The notes under the pieces were generated by a model. The model saw nothing but the letters and a program-made list of their open reading frames with translations. It was not told where the DNA came from and did not search any database. A stretch of 64,000 bases of DNA from a virus. Taxonomy: Duplodnaviria; Heunggongvirae; Uroviricota; Caudoviricetes. The position numbers and the translations under genes were made by a program. Numbering within the stretch: the first letter of the stretch is position 1; every line of letters begins with the position of its first letter. Shown here in pieces: positions 18,291 to 28,306 of the stretch. The stretch is from positions 16,765 through 80,764 of IMG/VR virus record IMGVR_UViG_3300028591_000093; one strand, written 5' to 3'.

Positions 18291-18848
18291 ATGAAATTAG
18301 ATGAACTGAAAGCCTCTGAGGCCAAGTTGGCTGCTATGGGCTACAAAATTGATGATGGTTCCAAGAACCTGAATCAGGCATTTATGCCTCAGTCTTTTGC
18401 TGAGGGAGATACTATTGAGTCTCTTGACACTGCAATGGTTGCCAATGATGTAGAAATCAATGGTGAGACTCGTACTGTGATTGGTGTAGTCTGCAAGATT
18501 ACCAACAAAGCAGGTGTCAGCAGAACTCAGGTTGTTGCTTACAACACTCTGACAGGTTCTCTGATTATGGAGAAGAATGCTCTGACCACTGCTCCTCGCA
18601 AGCCTCGCTTTGCTGCACTGTTTGGTGCTCAATTTGAGGAGGTTAAGAATGAGGAAGGTAAGACTGTTGGTCGCAACTTCCCATTCAACTTCAAGTTGAA
18701 GATTGACCAGGAGGTTGATGCATTCAACACTGTCTTCCAGGATGGTTCTACCATCTATGAGGATGAGAATGGTGCTAAACACTATCGCACTGCTGAGGAG
18801 CCTGTTAAGAAGGGCATTTCCACAGGTGCTAACTTGATTAAGCACTAA
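18291..18848 (+). CDS. hypothetical, probably very highly expressed protein (strong codon bias: CTG, CGC/CGT, GCT; local GC about 45%)
   Basis: 185-aa ORF, TAA stop. Codon usage and GC content differ from the rest of the window. Confidence 0.5.
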   Translation: MKLDELKASEAKLAAMGYKIDDGSKNLNQAFMPQSFAEGDTIESLDTAMVANDVEINGETRTVIGVVCKITNKAGVSRTQVVAYNTLTGSLIMEKNALTTAPRKPRFAALFGAQFEEVKNEEGKTVGRNFPFNFKLKIDQEVDAFNTVFQDGSTIYEDENGAKHYRTAEEPVKKGISTGANLIKH

Positions 18849-19087
18849 TGAGGACACTTAGGACTGTAAAGGCATTCCACCATTGTGGTTGTGCCTTTAC
18901 TCTCCTACCTCAACTTCCTTATGGGGAGAAATCAAGTATTAGTCCAACCTTAGGTAAGACTTCTGAGATACTAGGAGTACAGCCATATATTTTACCCACA
19001 CTACAAGACAACAGGTATTACTACATCTTGTTAAAAGGTAAAGTTGTTATTGGTGCTATCTTATGTACAGAAGATGAGGAAGGTTAG
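18848..19087 (+). CDS. hypothetical protein (79 aa)
   Basis: ORF track. Confidence 0.3.
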   Translation: MRTLRTVKAFHHCGCAFTLLPQLPYGEKSSISPTLGKTSEILGVQPYILPTLQDNRYYYILLKGKVVIGAILCTEDEEG

Positions 19088-19312
19088 ACATATAGGTACA
19101 GGTTATTGGTTTAATCTGTACTTTCTAGGTTTGTTCATGATGGTTATTTAAGGTGCAAGGGTGTTTCTGTCTGTGAAGATAGAGCACCCAAGATTGGTTT
19201 TTGAGGTCTCATCTCAGTGTAATGGAATGGGCTGGTTGGCACTTGGCTGGAATCTCTTTTTTTATTTTCTCTATTAAGTTTAGTTCTATAAGTTTAGGTA
19301 AGTATAGTTAGA

Positions 19313-19420
19313 GTAAAGAAATTTTAGACAACCAGTAAAAAATTTTTAGGTAAGCAGTATTATTTTTTTAGGTAACCAGTAAAGAAATTTTAGGTGGTAA
19401 AGAAACTAGTAAAGTTTATT
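19313..19420 (+). repeat. array of 4-5 direct repeats CCAGTAAAGAAATTTTAGG (iteron-like) upstream of the winged-helix gene
   Basis: Repeat units at about 19316, 19336, 19356, 19377 and 19397. Confidence 0.5.
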
Positions 19421-19596
19421 TTAAAAACTGACTGCTTATTTGATAATGAGGAGCTTAATTTAACATTATTTACTCTGGCTTTTTTCTTTTGTAAAAATGT
19501 ATTACCTTTGCAGTATATTTTAAATACTATAATATTATGGAAGAAAGTAAGCAACATGTTTAGGTTCCAAGTATTCCTTCTCTTAAAGAAGAAGGT

Positions 19597-20289
19597 TTGA
19601 ACAACATTGACCCTTATGTATATGCACTTATTGCAGATTGTAAGAATGCAGAAACAGGAGAGTCATTTCCAAGTATTGAATATTTGATGTCTAAAAGTAA
19701 GTTAAGTAAACCTACAATCTTAAATGCAATTAACAGACTTGAACAAGCTCATTATTTGCATATAAGAAAAACTTTTGGTAAACCAAATATTTATACTTTT
19801 AATCAAAACAAGAAATTTGAGATATTTTCTAGAGAGTTTCTTTATAATGATGCTCTCACTGCTAAAGAGAAAGCATATTGGATTTCTACACAACAATTTA
19901 TGTTTAAAAATCCAGATTTGCACACAGGTAAGATAAGCTATAATACAGAAGTATTAGCACAAAAAATAAATTTATCTGTACCTACACTTATGCAAAGAGA
20001 ACAATCCTTAATTAAGAAAAATATCTTAACAATAGTTCCTTTAGAAAAAAGAGATAATATAACAGGTTTAGAGAAACAAGAAAGAATCTATAATTATGAT
20101 GAAGCTTTTAATATTGTAGCTCTTAAATTCATAGAAACTGATTCTAGACTTGAGAATTTGGAAAATACTAAGGTTGATAAAGCTGATTATGATAAGCTCT
20201 TAGAAGCTGTTAAACAACAACAACAGACTATTGAAGAATTGAAAAAGGAGTTGTACATGCAAAAGCCTCTGATTATGGGAAATTGTTAA
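19597..20289 (+). CDS. winged-helix DNA-binding protein (two wH-like repeats; replication initiator or transcription regulator-like)
   Basis: ETGESFPSIEYLMSKSKLSKPTILNAINRLEQAHYLHI has a wHTH-like pattern. C-terminal coiled coil. Iteron-like repeats lie upstream. Confidence 0.4.
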   Translation: MNNIDPYVYALIADCKNAETGESFPSIEYLMSKSKLSKPTILNAINRLEQAHYLHIRKTFGKPNIYTFNQNKKFEIFSREFLYNDALTAKEKAYWISTQQFMFKNPDLHTGKISYNTEVLAQKINLSVPTLMQREQSLIKKNILTIVPLEKRDNITGLEKQERIYNYDEAFNIVALKFIETDSRLENLENTKVDKADYDKLLEAVKQQQQTIEELKKELYMQKPLIMGNC

Positions 20290-20591
20290 TAAAGCTTGAC
20301 TTTGTTAAAGTTGTATGTGAGGTAAAGTGTGTAACTGACTGATACATAACACATTACAACCTTTCAACTTTCTCTTTTTCATCTCTCAGGCAGGGTCCAA
20401 CTCGGGGCAGTTTGGAATCAGAAAAATTATTTCCTATTAAAATTATAGTCTTTTTAGATATGTTTAGGTGGGTTTAAGAATTTTGAAAATTTCAAATTGG
20501 TTGTTTTTCTCTTCTTTTGTAGGTTTTTCCAGTATTTTTCTCTTTTGAATATTTCAAACTTAGGTTTAACAGCCTGAGTACACATTTTTAT

Positions 20592-20984
20592 ATGTCACAA
20601 ATTACTAAAGTCCTTCTGACCATTAACTTGGAGGGAGGCCTCACTGGAGCAGTGAGCAATGCAGGTTCTAAGAAAGAAAAGAACCGAATGAAGAAGTCAC
20701 CTATGTGGCTTGGTAAAGGACCACTTCCTAAAGGGTATTATCACTCTCAGGAGAAGTACAATGAGAGACCTCAGACTCAGTGTATTCAGAAGGTCAGAAT
20801 TTCTGAGGAGAATTATCGGGCTTATATTGCTCCTGTACCAAAGGAGAAATTTGAGACCAAGCAACAAGCAGCCAAGAGAGTTTGGTGGAACAAGTTAGAG
20901 CCGAAGCAGAGGCTTGAGTTCCATTTGGAACAAATTTCCTCTTCCCTTGGAGGTAAGTCTTACACTTATGAGATGATTGACTAA
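20592..20984 (+). CDS. hypothetical basic protein (130 aa)
   Basis: ORF track, TAA stop. TAATG overlap with the next gene. Confidence 0.4.
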   Translation: MSQITKVLLTINLEGGLTGAVSNAGSKKEKNRMKKSPMWLGKGPLPKGYYHSQEKYNERPQTQCIQKVRISEENYRAYIAPVPKEKFETKQQAAKRVWWNKLEPKQRLEFHLEQISSSLGGKSYTYEMID

Positions 20985-21229
20985 TGGCAACTGGAAGTAC
21001 TCTGCTTTGTAGACATGGCAGAATAAACCAGAAAGTTGCTATGCCTGTTAATCCTATTGGGTATATGTCTACTATGCCCAAAGGTACAGTTCTTGAACAT
21101 TGTGTTAAGACTGGCAGGCCTGGAAGATTTGCTTATAAGAAGACTTATTGGTCTTCTATGGGTAATGGAAAGGTTATTAGAACTCAAGAATATTCAAATT
21201 GTGAATAGTCATGTTTAGTCTTGGTGTAA
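20984..21229 (+). CDS. hypothetical Cys-containing protein; the ORF ends at TAG 21206-21208 and may read through 7 codons to TAA
   Basis: ORF track 20984-21208, extended. Confidence 0.3.
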
Positions 21230-21468
21230 TCTTGTGCATTATTGCCTTTCTTCTCTTAATCTTCTTATGTATTGTTTTGGGTTGTACTCATTATAATACT
21301 ATTATAGAGATTGGAGATTACAAGGTATTTTTCCATCTTATTGGTACAAGTATTTTCAGTACTAATGGTGCTAAAGTAATTCACCTCTCTTATTGGGATA
21401 TGATATTACTTTTGGTAGCTTTGGTATCATGTTCTATATTTGGACCTATGATTCTAGTTCTAGTTTAA
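21211..21468 (+). CDS. small membrane protein (two TM helices)
   Basis: MFSLGVILCIIAFLLLIFLCIVLG...MILLLVALVSCSIFGPMILVLV. Confidence 0.4.
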   Translation: MFSLGVILCIIAFLLLIFLCIVLGCTHYNTIIEIGDYKVFFHLIGTSIFSTNGAKVIHLSYWDMILLLVALVSCSIFGPMILVLV

Positions 21469-21734
21469 CTAGAGCTTGTTAGGGGTGTGTCTATTGGTTT
21501 AGGCACACCTTTCTTTTTTCATTCAATGTAGCCATTTTGATTGAACTTGCTTGCTTGTGATAAGTAGGCAAGGACTTACACTTGATAGGAGATTTTGGAT
21601 TAGACTATCCGAGGCTGTTTTTATCCTATTATTGAACTTACAAAACAGTTGATTAGTTTAGGTTTTGGCTGCCCTAACAGACTGGAAACCGACATCCTTT
21701 AAGATTTAGGGTATTATAGGATGTATAAAAACAG

Positions 21735-21804
21735 AGTATATTAGCTCAGTTGGTAGAGCACTACAGAGATGTAGCGGTCGGAGGTTCAAGTCCTTCATAT
21801 ACTC
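21735..21804 (+). ncRNA. tRNA-like RNA with canonical acceptor, D- and T-arms but a truncated anticodon arm (5-bp stem, 4-nt loop); pseudo-tRNA or Y-RNA-like
   Basis: AGTATAT/ATATACT acceptor, GCTC-AGTTGGTA-GAGC, CTACA-GAGA-TGTAG, GGAGG-TTCAAGT-CCTTC. Only 70 nt long. Confidence 0.45.
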
Positions 21805-21888
21805 CTTTGGTGAGAGTGGGGTTAGACTCACAAACAAAACAGATATGTGCTCACAGAATCTATATTACTAAAAAGTATATAAACTACA

Positions 21889-22749
21889 ATGAGAGAACAA
21901 TTTTTTGGACAAACTGGTTTGACTAGTACCAGTGCTAATCACACTGCTAATCTTGCTAAGGAGTTTATCCAATCTCAGAAGATGTATCTTAACAATCTTT
22001 GCTTTGTAGGTAAGACTACACAAGCAGGAGGTAACTCTTATGAGACTGGTGTTGCTACTCCAAGAGAGCAGTTTACTAGTATTAGTGTTGTTCTTGATAA
22101 GATTGCTCTTGCTACCCAGCTTATTGCTTGGTTAAGAGAAGCACTTAAAGAGAAGACTGATGCTTCTAACAACATCATGGATTTTGATGCTTGGTGTGTG
22201 GCTAATAAGGTAGAACTTACTAGACCTGTTAGGGAAGCTTATCTTACTGAAGCACAGGTTATTAAGTCTTGGGACATCAATAAGCTTAATGCTTATCTCC
22301 AAGCTCAGACTTATGCATCTGTAATTGGTGAATTTGTACATCCTGCTGGTCAGTATAGTAGTGCTAGAAAGCATCTTACTGATGTCATTGCTAATCCTAT
22401 TGAGGTAGAAGGTACTGGTCAGGATATTACTGTTATTACCTATAACCCTGTTTATTCACTTGAAGAAGTGGATAAGAAGTTCTTTGAACTCCAGGGTTCT
22501 CAAAGGGAACATCAGGCTAAGTTTAACCAGTATCAGCATGAGATTACTTCTGCTGTAGAAGCAGACAAAGCTAAGAAAGACAATGAGTTTGCTAAGGCAT
22601 ATTCTGAGTATTCTAAAGCTTTTGATAAGGCTTATGCTGAATATACTGCTTGGAAGACATCTGAGGGTCAGCACATAGCAGACCTTAAGATAGTTGTTCC
22701 TGAGGCTCTTGCAGGTATCTACAAAGAGATTCAGGGACTTGGTAAGTAA
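21889..22749 (+). CDS. hypothetical protein (286 aa, helical, Lys/Ala/Glu-rich C-terminus)
   Basis: ORF track, TAA stop. Confidence 0.45.
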   Translation: MREQFFGQTGLTSTSANHTANLAKEFIQSQKMYLNNLCFVGKTTQAGGNSYETGVATPREQFTSISVVLDKIALATQLIAWLREALKEKTDASNNIMDFDAWCVANKVELTRPVREAYLTEAQVIKSWDINKLNAYLQAQTYASVIGEFVHPAGQYSSARKHLTDVIANPIEVEGTGQDITVITYNPVYSLEEVDKKFFELQGSQREHQAKFNQYQHEITSAVEADKAKKDNEFAKAYSEYSKAFDKAYAEYTAWKTSEGQHIADLKIVVPEALAGIYKEIQGLGK

Positions 22750-23024
22750 CATTCTGGATTGCCAGAGGAATTACTGTATATGTAAGTAAGTAAGTGTATC
22801 TGTATTACTAATAACACTGTTTTATCATAACTGCAAGTTATTCAGCCCTGATGTCTTTTTAGGAGGACTGGTCTCGGGGCTATCATGAGCTTTGGGTTTA
22901 CCAAAGTGTTTTTCAAAGGAATATCAATAAAGAATCTTTTTCTTTGCTCTTGCTTTTGTAGATATTCCTTGCTTTTGTACTTGTTATTGTTATTGGTCAT
23001 TATTACACTGAAAACTTACATAGC

Positions 23025-23058
23025 CACCCCCAGGGAGAAGTAGTTGGTTCTACTTCTC
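23025..23058 (+). terminator. stem-loop GGAGAAGTAG-TTGGTT-CTACTTCTCC followed by TTTCT (possible terminator)
   Basis: Perfect 10-bp hairpin. Weak T-run. Confidence 0.35.
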
Positions 23059-23386
23059 CTTTCTAGTGCAGGCATAACCAATGTACACTTACCCCCAAGT
23101 TAAGTATACATTCCTGCCAAAAGTGGTAAGCTTGGGCAGTTTCAAACCTCCTGATGTGCAGCTGAAAACTGGGTTGATGGAGGTTCTAACTTGTTTATTA
23201 TGATTTTACAACACAATATTCTTTTTACTCTTAAAGATGGTTCAGTTAAGAAAGTCTCTACTTGTGTGGAGATAGGTTCTTTTGTTATACCAATTAAGAC
23301 AGTTTGTGACTTTGATGCTATACCTATACAGGATGTAGTAAATATAGCCACAGAAACAAAGTTAGACCAAATAATTGAGTGCTAGT

Positions 23387-23518
23387 ATGAAATACAAAAA
23401 GAAACTTGAGAAGCTTGCAGCAAGGCAGGCTTTTTATGAGCTGCATCCTAATAGTGCAGCAGGTGCAGGTGTAGCAAAGAAAGCTTTTAAGTTTACTAAA
23501 CCTGGGAGTATTAAGTAA
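23387..23518 (+). CDS. small basic protein (43 aa)
   Basis: MKYKKKLEKLAARQAFYELHPNSAAGAGVAKKAFKFTKPGSIK. TAATG overlap with the next gene. Confidence 0.35.
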   Translation: MKYKKKLEKLAARQAFYELHPNSAAGAGVAKKAFKFTKPGSIK

Positions 23519-23721
23519 TGACAAACAAGCAACTACAAAAACTTCTCTCTCATTATGCAGATGATGAAGAGATATTTATCTTTACTGGTAATTGGCCTAC
23601 TGAGATGCATGAACCTGTTGTAGGTACTAGAATTCAGGATGTCAACACCAATAAAGGTAAAGGAAGAGATAAGTTAGGAAAATGCTATAATGCCATTGTT
23701 TTAACTACTGTCAAAAGCTAG
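23518..23721 (+). CDS. hypothetical protein (67 aa)
   Basis: ORF track. Confidence 0.35.
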   Translation: MTNKQLQKLLSHYADDEEIFIFTGNWPTEMHEPVVGTRIQDVNTNKGKGRDKLGKCYNAIVLTTVKS

Positions 23722-23817
23722 GCATCTTAATGTCTCAAAGCTCAATTTGGCAGTAGGAGTATAAAGAGGTGACACAAAGCCAATTCCTCTTGGATTAGGT
23801 GTTCTAAACATCTCAAA

Positions 23818-24168
23818 GTGCAGTTGTGGCCGTTGGCACCATTAGAGTTGAAGAAGCCAAGACTCTTTGCTCATGTTTTCTTGGTTGAAAATGTGAGCTC
23901 TATGAAAACAGACTATGAAATTTTTAAGGAATTATCTCTCATACAGAAAACTTCTTTCTTAAAGAAGCATCCTGAATATGATAAAAGTTATTATGTCTCT
24001 TATGCTTTTAACAGAGATGGTTTTATGGGATTTGGTAGTACTACTTTAAGTGGCACTATACCTCTTCTACAGTATGGACCATCAAAAGGACATTTAGCAG
24101 AATATTTTGAGAAAGAGTTAAGAAAAAACTATTCTCATGTTGTCATAGTCAACTTTTGGGAGATATAA
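23818..24168 (+). CDS. hypothetical protein (116 aa)
   Basis: ORF track. Confidence 0.35.
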   Translation: MQLWPLAPLELKKPRLFAHVFLVENVSSMKTDYEIFKELSLIQKTSFLKKHPEYDKSYYVSYAFNRDGFMGFGSTTLSGTIPLLQYGPSKGHLAEYFEKELRKNYSHVVIVNFWEI

Positions 24169-25739
24169 CTATCCCTTCAGAACAATAGAAGGGTGTCAAG
24201 GAAGCTGAGGTTGTATGCTAGCTTAAAGCTAAAGCAGCATTCTAAGGTCGAGGTTGTGGATGAAAGTGTAGGTTTCCTTTTACTAAAAACTACTTGAGAG
24301 AGTTGCCAGGTTCCCCTCTCTCAGAATTACCTTACTGTCTGGAGTTAAGGTATGGGACAGTTTGAGTAGTGACTGTCACCTTTATTTGTAGTTCTCTACA
24401 AATCTTCTTAAGGTTGTCCAACAATGAGGACAATCTGACATGTGGGAAAGACCACAGCCTTATACAAAGTTTTGTTTGGAAGGTAATTCTTAGTTGCAAA
24501 TAAGGATTATTGAGTAGGACATTATGGAGTAAATGTTACTAGGGTGACTAGTATATAATGACTAGTGTTTGTAGCATTAACTAGTAAAAACATCTCTAAT
24601 TTAGCTCAAGGAAAGTAAATAGAGATATGAGGTATGAGTTTTGCTGAGTTTCTAGAGCTCAAAGTTTATAAGCCTCTTTACCATAACAGTTTACAGTCTG
24701 TTTAAAACTGTCCCTTTTCTCAATTAAAGTCCTATGAATATCCATTGTAGACTCTAATCTATATTATGGTAATGAAGGAAGATGTTTGGGTAAGAACCAA
24801 CTTCATAGGCAATTAGTCAAGATACTTCTAGTCACAATTCTTGACACAAATCTACAAAGATGTGAGTAGGTTTTTATTTAAATTAAAAATTCAGACCTTT
24901 TTATTATAGTTAAAGGAAAATAACTTTAAAAACCATTAAAAAGTAAGACATGCATGGTTAACTCCCTCCTGTCCACGAGAGATTGTTTACTTCTTATAAG
25001 AATACTAGTAAAACTTATAAGTTTCTTTATCGTGGAGTCAATAGTTGAAAGATACAACTATAAAAATATATAAGGATATTGCAGAGTGATTACTAGATTA
25101 GTCAAGACTGTCATGAAGGCCAAGGTGGTGAGAATCCTCAATAATAGAGTCTTATATCCTTATTAACCAAGTTGAAGGACATACAACTTAAATAAACCCC
25201 TTGACAGTTGGTCGTTAGTAAATTGTACAAAGTGTGTAGAGGAATAGTGGAAAAAAGACACCAAGAGAGATGAAATTCTAGGCTCTCAATTTTTTATAAC
25301 TTTAATTTTGTCTATCAGTTAAAACTATGACAACCCTATGATTGTTGTGGGATAGTAAATGGGAACTTATATAACCAAGCAAATTAAAGTTTTAATTTTA
25401 TTAGATTAGTTTTATCTTTCTGTAATTTGTAGGTTGGGCGACCTTAAAAACAGATGGCTGATAGGAAAGACTATCAATTTTGTAATCCGAGGTAGGAAAT
25501 TGTAGTAATACAAGAAGGTTAGGGATATAAAAATCCTTTACTAAAAGGATAATATATCATTAGGAAAGAAGTTGGGAATTGCGCAACTGTGTAGGATTAC
25601 ATTATTTTTACTTAAAAATTATATCTTCTCAAAGAATAAATAGGAGTAATTGCCCTATTCATGTAGCAAACCACTATTACACGCTTTGAAAACAGTATAG
25701 GAGAGATGTGGGAATCTCCTATACTTGAAGATATTATAC

Positions 25740-25815
25740 TCTCCATTAGCTCAGTTGGTCCAGTAGCAATACACTCATAATGTAGAGGTCCCTGGTTCAA
25801 GTCCAGGATGGAGAA
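25740..25815 (+). tRNA. tRNA-Met(CAT) with enlarged D-loop
   Basis: Acceptor TCTCCAT/ATGGAGA, anticodon arm ATACA-CTCATAA-TGTAG, T-arm CCTGG-TTCAAGT-CCAGG. Confidence 0.65.
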
Positions 25816-26008
25816 CTATCAACATAACAGAAACAAGGCTGAGATACTAATAGGGAAAAGTGATAAGGCTAACAGAAACATTGTTGATATTTACAGTGGC
25901 AGAGTGGAACGCATAAGCTTAACTAATCATTAGGCAAAAACCATCAGAGGCTCATAACCTCTGGATAGCAGGTTGGACTCCTGTTGCCGCAACTAAAAAC
26001 AGAAACAA

Positions 26009-26266
26009 ATGAAAGCAATTAAAGATAAAATTGTAATGAGTGATGCATATTATTTTGTGCTAGCTTATTTGAATGCAACAAATTTTGCTCCTGTTCAAGC
26101 AAAAGGTTTTTGTAAAATTGACCAAAGAACAGGACATCCAATATTTAGAATGAATATGCTTGATTATGAAACATTCAAAGAATTGTTTTATGATGGTATG
26201 CATTGGATGTTAAGCAAATCACAAGAGTTGACATTAGAAAATATTGACAAATACAATCTTGAATAA
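26009..26266 (+). CDS. hypothetical protein (85 aa)
   Basis: ORF track, TAA stop. Confidence 0.4.
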   Translation: MKAIKDKIVMSDAYYFVLAYLNATNFAPVQAKGFCKIDQRTGHPIFRMNMLDYETFKELFYDGMHWMLSKSQELTLENIDKYNLE

Positions 26267-26267
26267 T

Positions 26268-27083
26268 ATGGAAATCAACAAACAGTTATTTGAAGATGTA
26301 CTTGCTGGTAAATTAGAGGGGAATTTTGTACTTAAAAATGGATTTAGAGTTAATAGTAGTAGACTCTGTAAAAAAGAAGGAAAAAGAGCTATTTATTGTT
26401 ATTGGTTAAAAGGATTTTCTCCTTTATATACAGTAAATGGTATTCCTAACTCTATATTTGCTAGAAACTATACTATTGTAGATTTTATACCCAAATATCG
26501 AACAATAGATTTGGAAATGCTAGAATATTGCAGAAAAGATTTTGAGTTTTCACAAATGTTATCAAAAGCAATAAATAATATGAATACACTTGAAATTGAG
26601 ATTCCAGAAGGAAAAGAGATTGACTGGAAAGAATCTGAAAAACAAAATAGGATTATTCTGAAAGATAAGCAGTTGACTTATAAGGATATTTGTGAGAAAT
26701 TGTTTAAGTATAAAGAATTTTTCTTTACAAACAATACTGGAGTGATTCAAAGTAGTTCTCCTACTTCCAAAGAATATTTAGCTAATGCAGCAAATAATTC
26801 AACTTCCTATCATCAACTTGAGTGTATTCTTGCAAAAAATATGCTTGCTAATGTTGCAAAGTATCTAAATAATGGATGGAAGCCATCATATACCAGTGAA
26901 GGTCACTATGATGCCTGGATTTTATTCACAACTCCAGATAAAAATTACATAGGTACATTTAAAATAAATAATTGTAGTCAAAATAGTAATGTAATATTCA
27001 AGTCCTTTGAACTTGCACAACAAGCAATAAAAATCCTTGGAGAGGAAACTGTTAAACTTGCATTAGAACCTTTAGGAATATGA
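26268..27083 (+). CDS. hypothetical protein, member of a three-gene paralogous family (with 27343-27819 and 48265-48783)
   Basis: Shares LEIEIPEGKEIDWKESEKQNRIIL with 27343, and LANVAKYLNNGWKP / KSFELAQQAIKILGEETVKLALEPLGI with 48265. Confidence 0.45.
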   Translation: MEINKQLFEDVLAGKLEGNFVLKNGFRVNSSRLCKKEGKRAIYCYWLKGFSPLYTVNGIPNSIFARNYTIVDFIPKYRTIDLEMLEYCRKDFEFSQMLSKAINNMNTLEIEIPEGKEIDWKESEKQNRIILKDKQLTYKDICEKLFKYKEFFFTNNTGVIQSSSPTSKEYLANAANNSTSYHQLECILAKNMLANVAKYLNNGWKPSYTSEGHYDAWILFTTPDKNYIGTFKINNCSQNSNVIFKSFELAQQAIKILGEETVKLALEPLGI

Positions 27084-27361
27084 TAATAGCACAATATATC
27101 TGTGGAGGACTTATTATTCTTTTATCACTAATTCTTATCGGTATTGGAATATATGTCATTTGTAAAGGAGAAAGAAATGGATTTCTTCCAATACTGTTAG
27201 GCATTATGTTTACTTCTCCTGGTGTGGTGATTATTACTGATAAACCTATTCCTACTAAACAAGATGTTCTTGATGGTAAAGCAATTTATCAGGAGAGTAT
27301 TCACATTAGAAATAATGATACTATTAAGACTTATGAAATAGTATGGAAACAAAAGAATTAA
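27080..27361 (+). CDS. membrane protein (two TM helices)
   Basis: ORF track. Hydrophobic N-terminal half. Confidence 0.4.
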   Translation: MIIAQYICGGLIILLSLILIGIGIYVICKGERNGFLPILLGIMFTSPGVVIITDKPIPTKQDVLDGKAIYQESIHIRNNDTIKTYEIVWKQKN

Positions 27362-27819
27362 AAATTACAATTCCTGAAGGACAAGAAATTGATTGGCAAG
27401 AAAGTGCTAAGCAAGAGAAAATAGTGTTTAAGAAGAAGGATACTAAACCAAGAAGTTGGGAAGAGTATTTGAGGTTAAACACTGGATTTGATGGTATAGG
27501 AATTGATTGGAATATAGTTGGTGGTATTCAAGCAACTGGATTACATCACAGAGGTAAAGCAATTGTTCCAACTAAGTATGGTGCTCCATTTATTGCCATG
27601 ATGCAACTCATGTCTGTGAGAGAAGACTGGATTGGTAATTGGGAGCCTAATTGGAAAAATCCTGATACAAAGAAATGGTGTATTATCTTTGAATGTGAAT
27701 TAAAAGTTAGCTACTTTTATTCTAATTCAAGAGCTTTATCTTTTCCAACAGAAGAAATGGCAGTGGACTTTATAAATTGCTTCAAAGATTTGTTAGGAAT
27801 TGCAAAGTCATTGATTTAA
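27343..27819 (+). CDS. hypothetical protein, paralog family member
   Basis: LKITIPEGQEIDWQESAKQEKIVF matches 26268-27083. Confidence 0.45.
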   Translation: METKELKITIPEGQEIDWQESAKQEKIVFKKKDTKPRSWEEYLRLNTGFDGIGIDWNIVGGIQATGLHHRGKAIVPTKYGAPFIAMMQLMSVREDWIGNWEPNWKNPDTKKWCIIFECELKVSYFYSNSRALSFPTEEMAVDFINCFKDLLGIAKSLI

Positions 27820-27997
27820 AACAAATTACAAACTATCGGACAAGGCTTAGGCAGGTGATATTGAAGTGAATCAGGAGAATACTAGACTCAAAAGGTTTGG
27901 TGTAGGAATTCATTTGTACTGAATAGTTTCAATAAACAAACTGGTGGGATGCGAGTGGATAGTTTGTAGTTTTAAGTAACTAATTTTTCAAAAACAT

Positions 27998-28306
27998 ATG
28001 TTAATCTTGTTAAGACTTCTTTTTGTAATCCTAGGAATTGTATTATTTCCTATTTGGTTGATTACATGTCTAATCTGTGGTATTTACTCTATTCTTAGGT
28101 ACATACTTGTACCATTTGTTTGGATAGCAGGTGGTGGAGATGTCACAGATGATTATCTTGAGAAGAGTAGTATGGAATACATTGATGAGTATCTCTTTAA
28201 TGATTCTATCTCACCATGTTTTCCTATGTGGTATCCTTCTCTTCTAGAAAAAGTATACTCATATATCTATGAGTTGGATGAACAAAAACAAAAGAAAAAG
28301 AAATGA
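27998..28306 (+). CDS. membrane protein
   Basis: ORF track with N-terminal TM helices. Confidence 0.4.
   Translation: MLILLRLLFVILGIVLFPIWLITCLICGIYSILRYILVPFVWIAGGGDVTDDYLEKSSMEYIDEYLFNDSISPCFPMWYPSLLEKVYSYIYELDEQKQKKKK

Noticed and set aside
18297-18857. Minus-strand 186-aa ORF
   Set aside because: Mirror of the strongly codon-biased plus-strand gene 18291-18848. Cys/Leu/Ser-rich antisense artefact.
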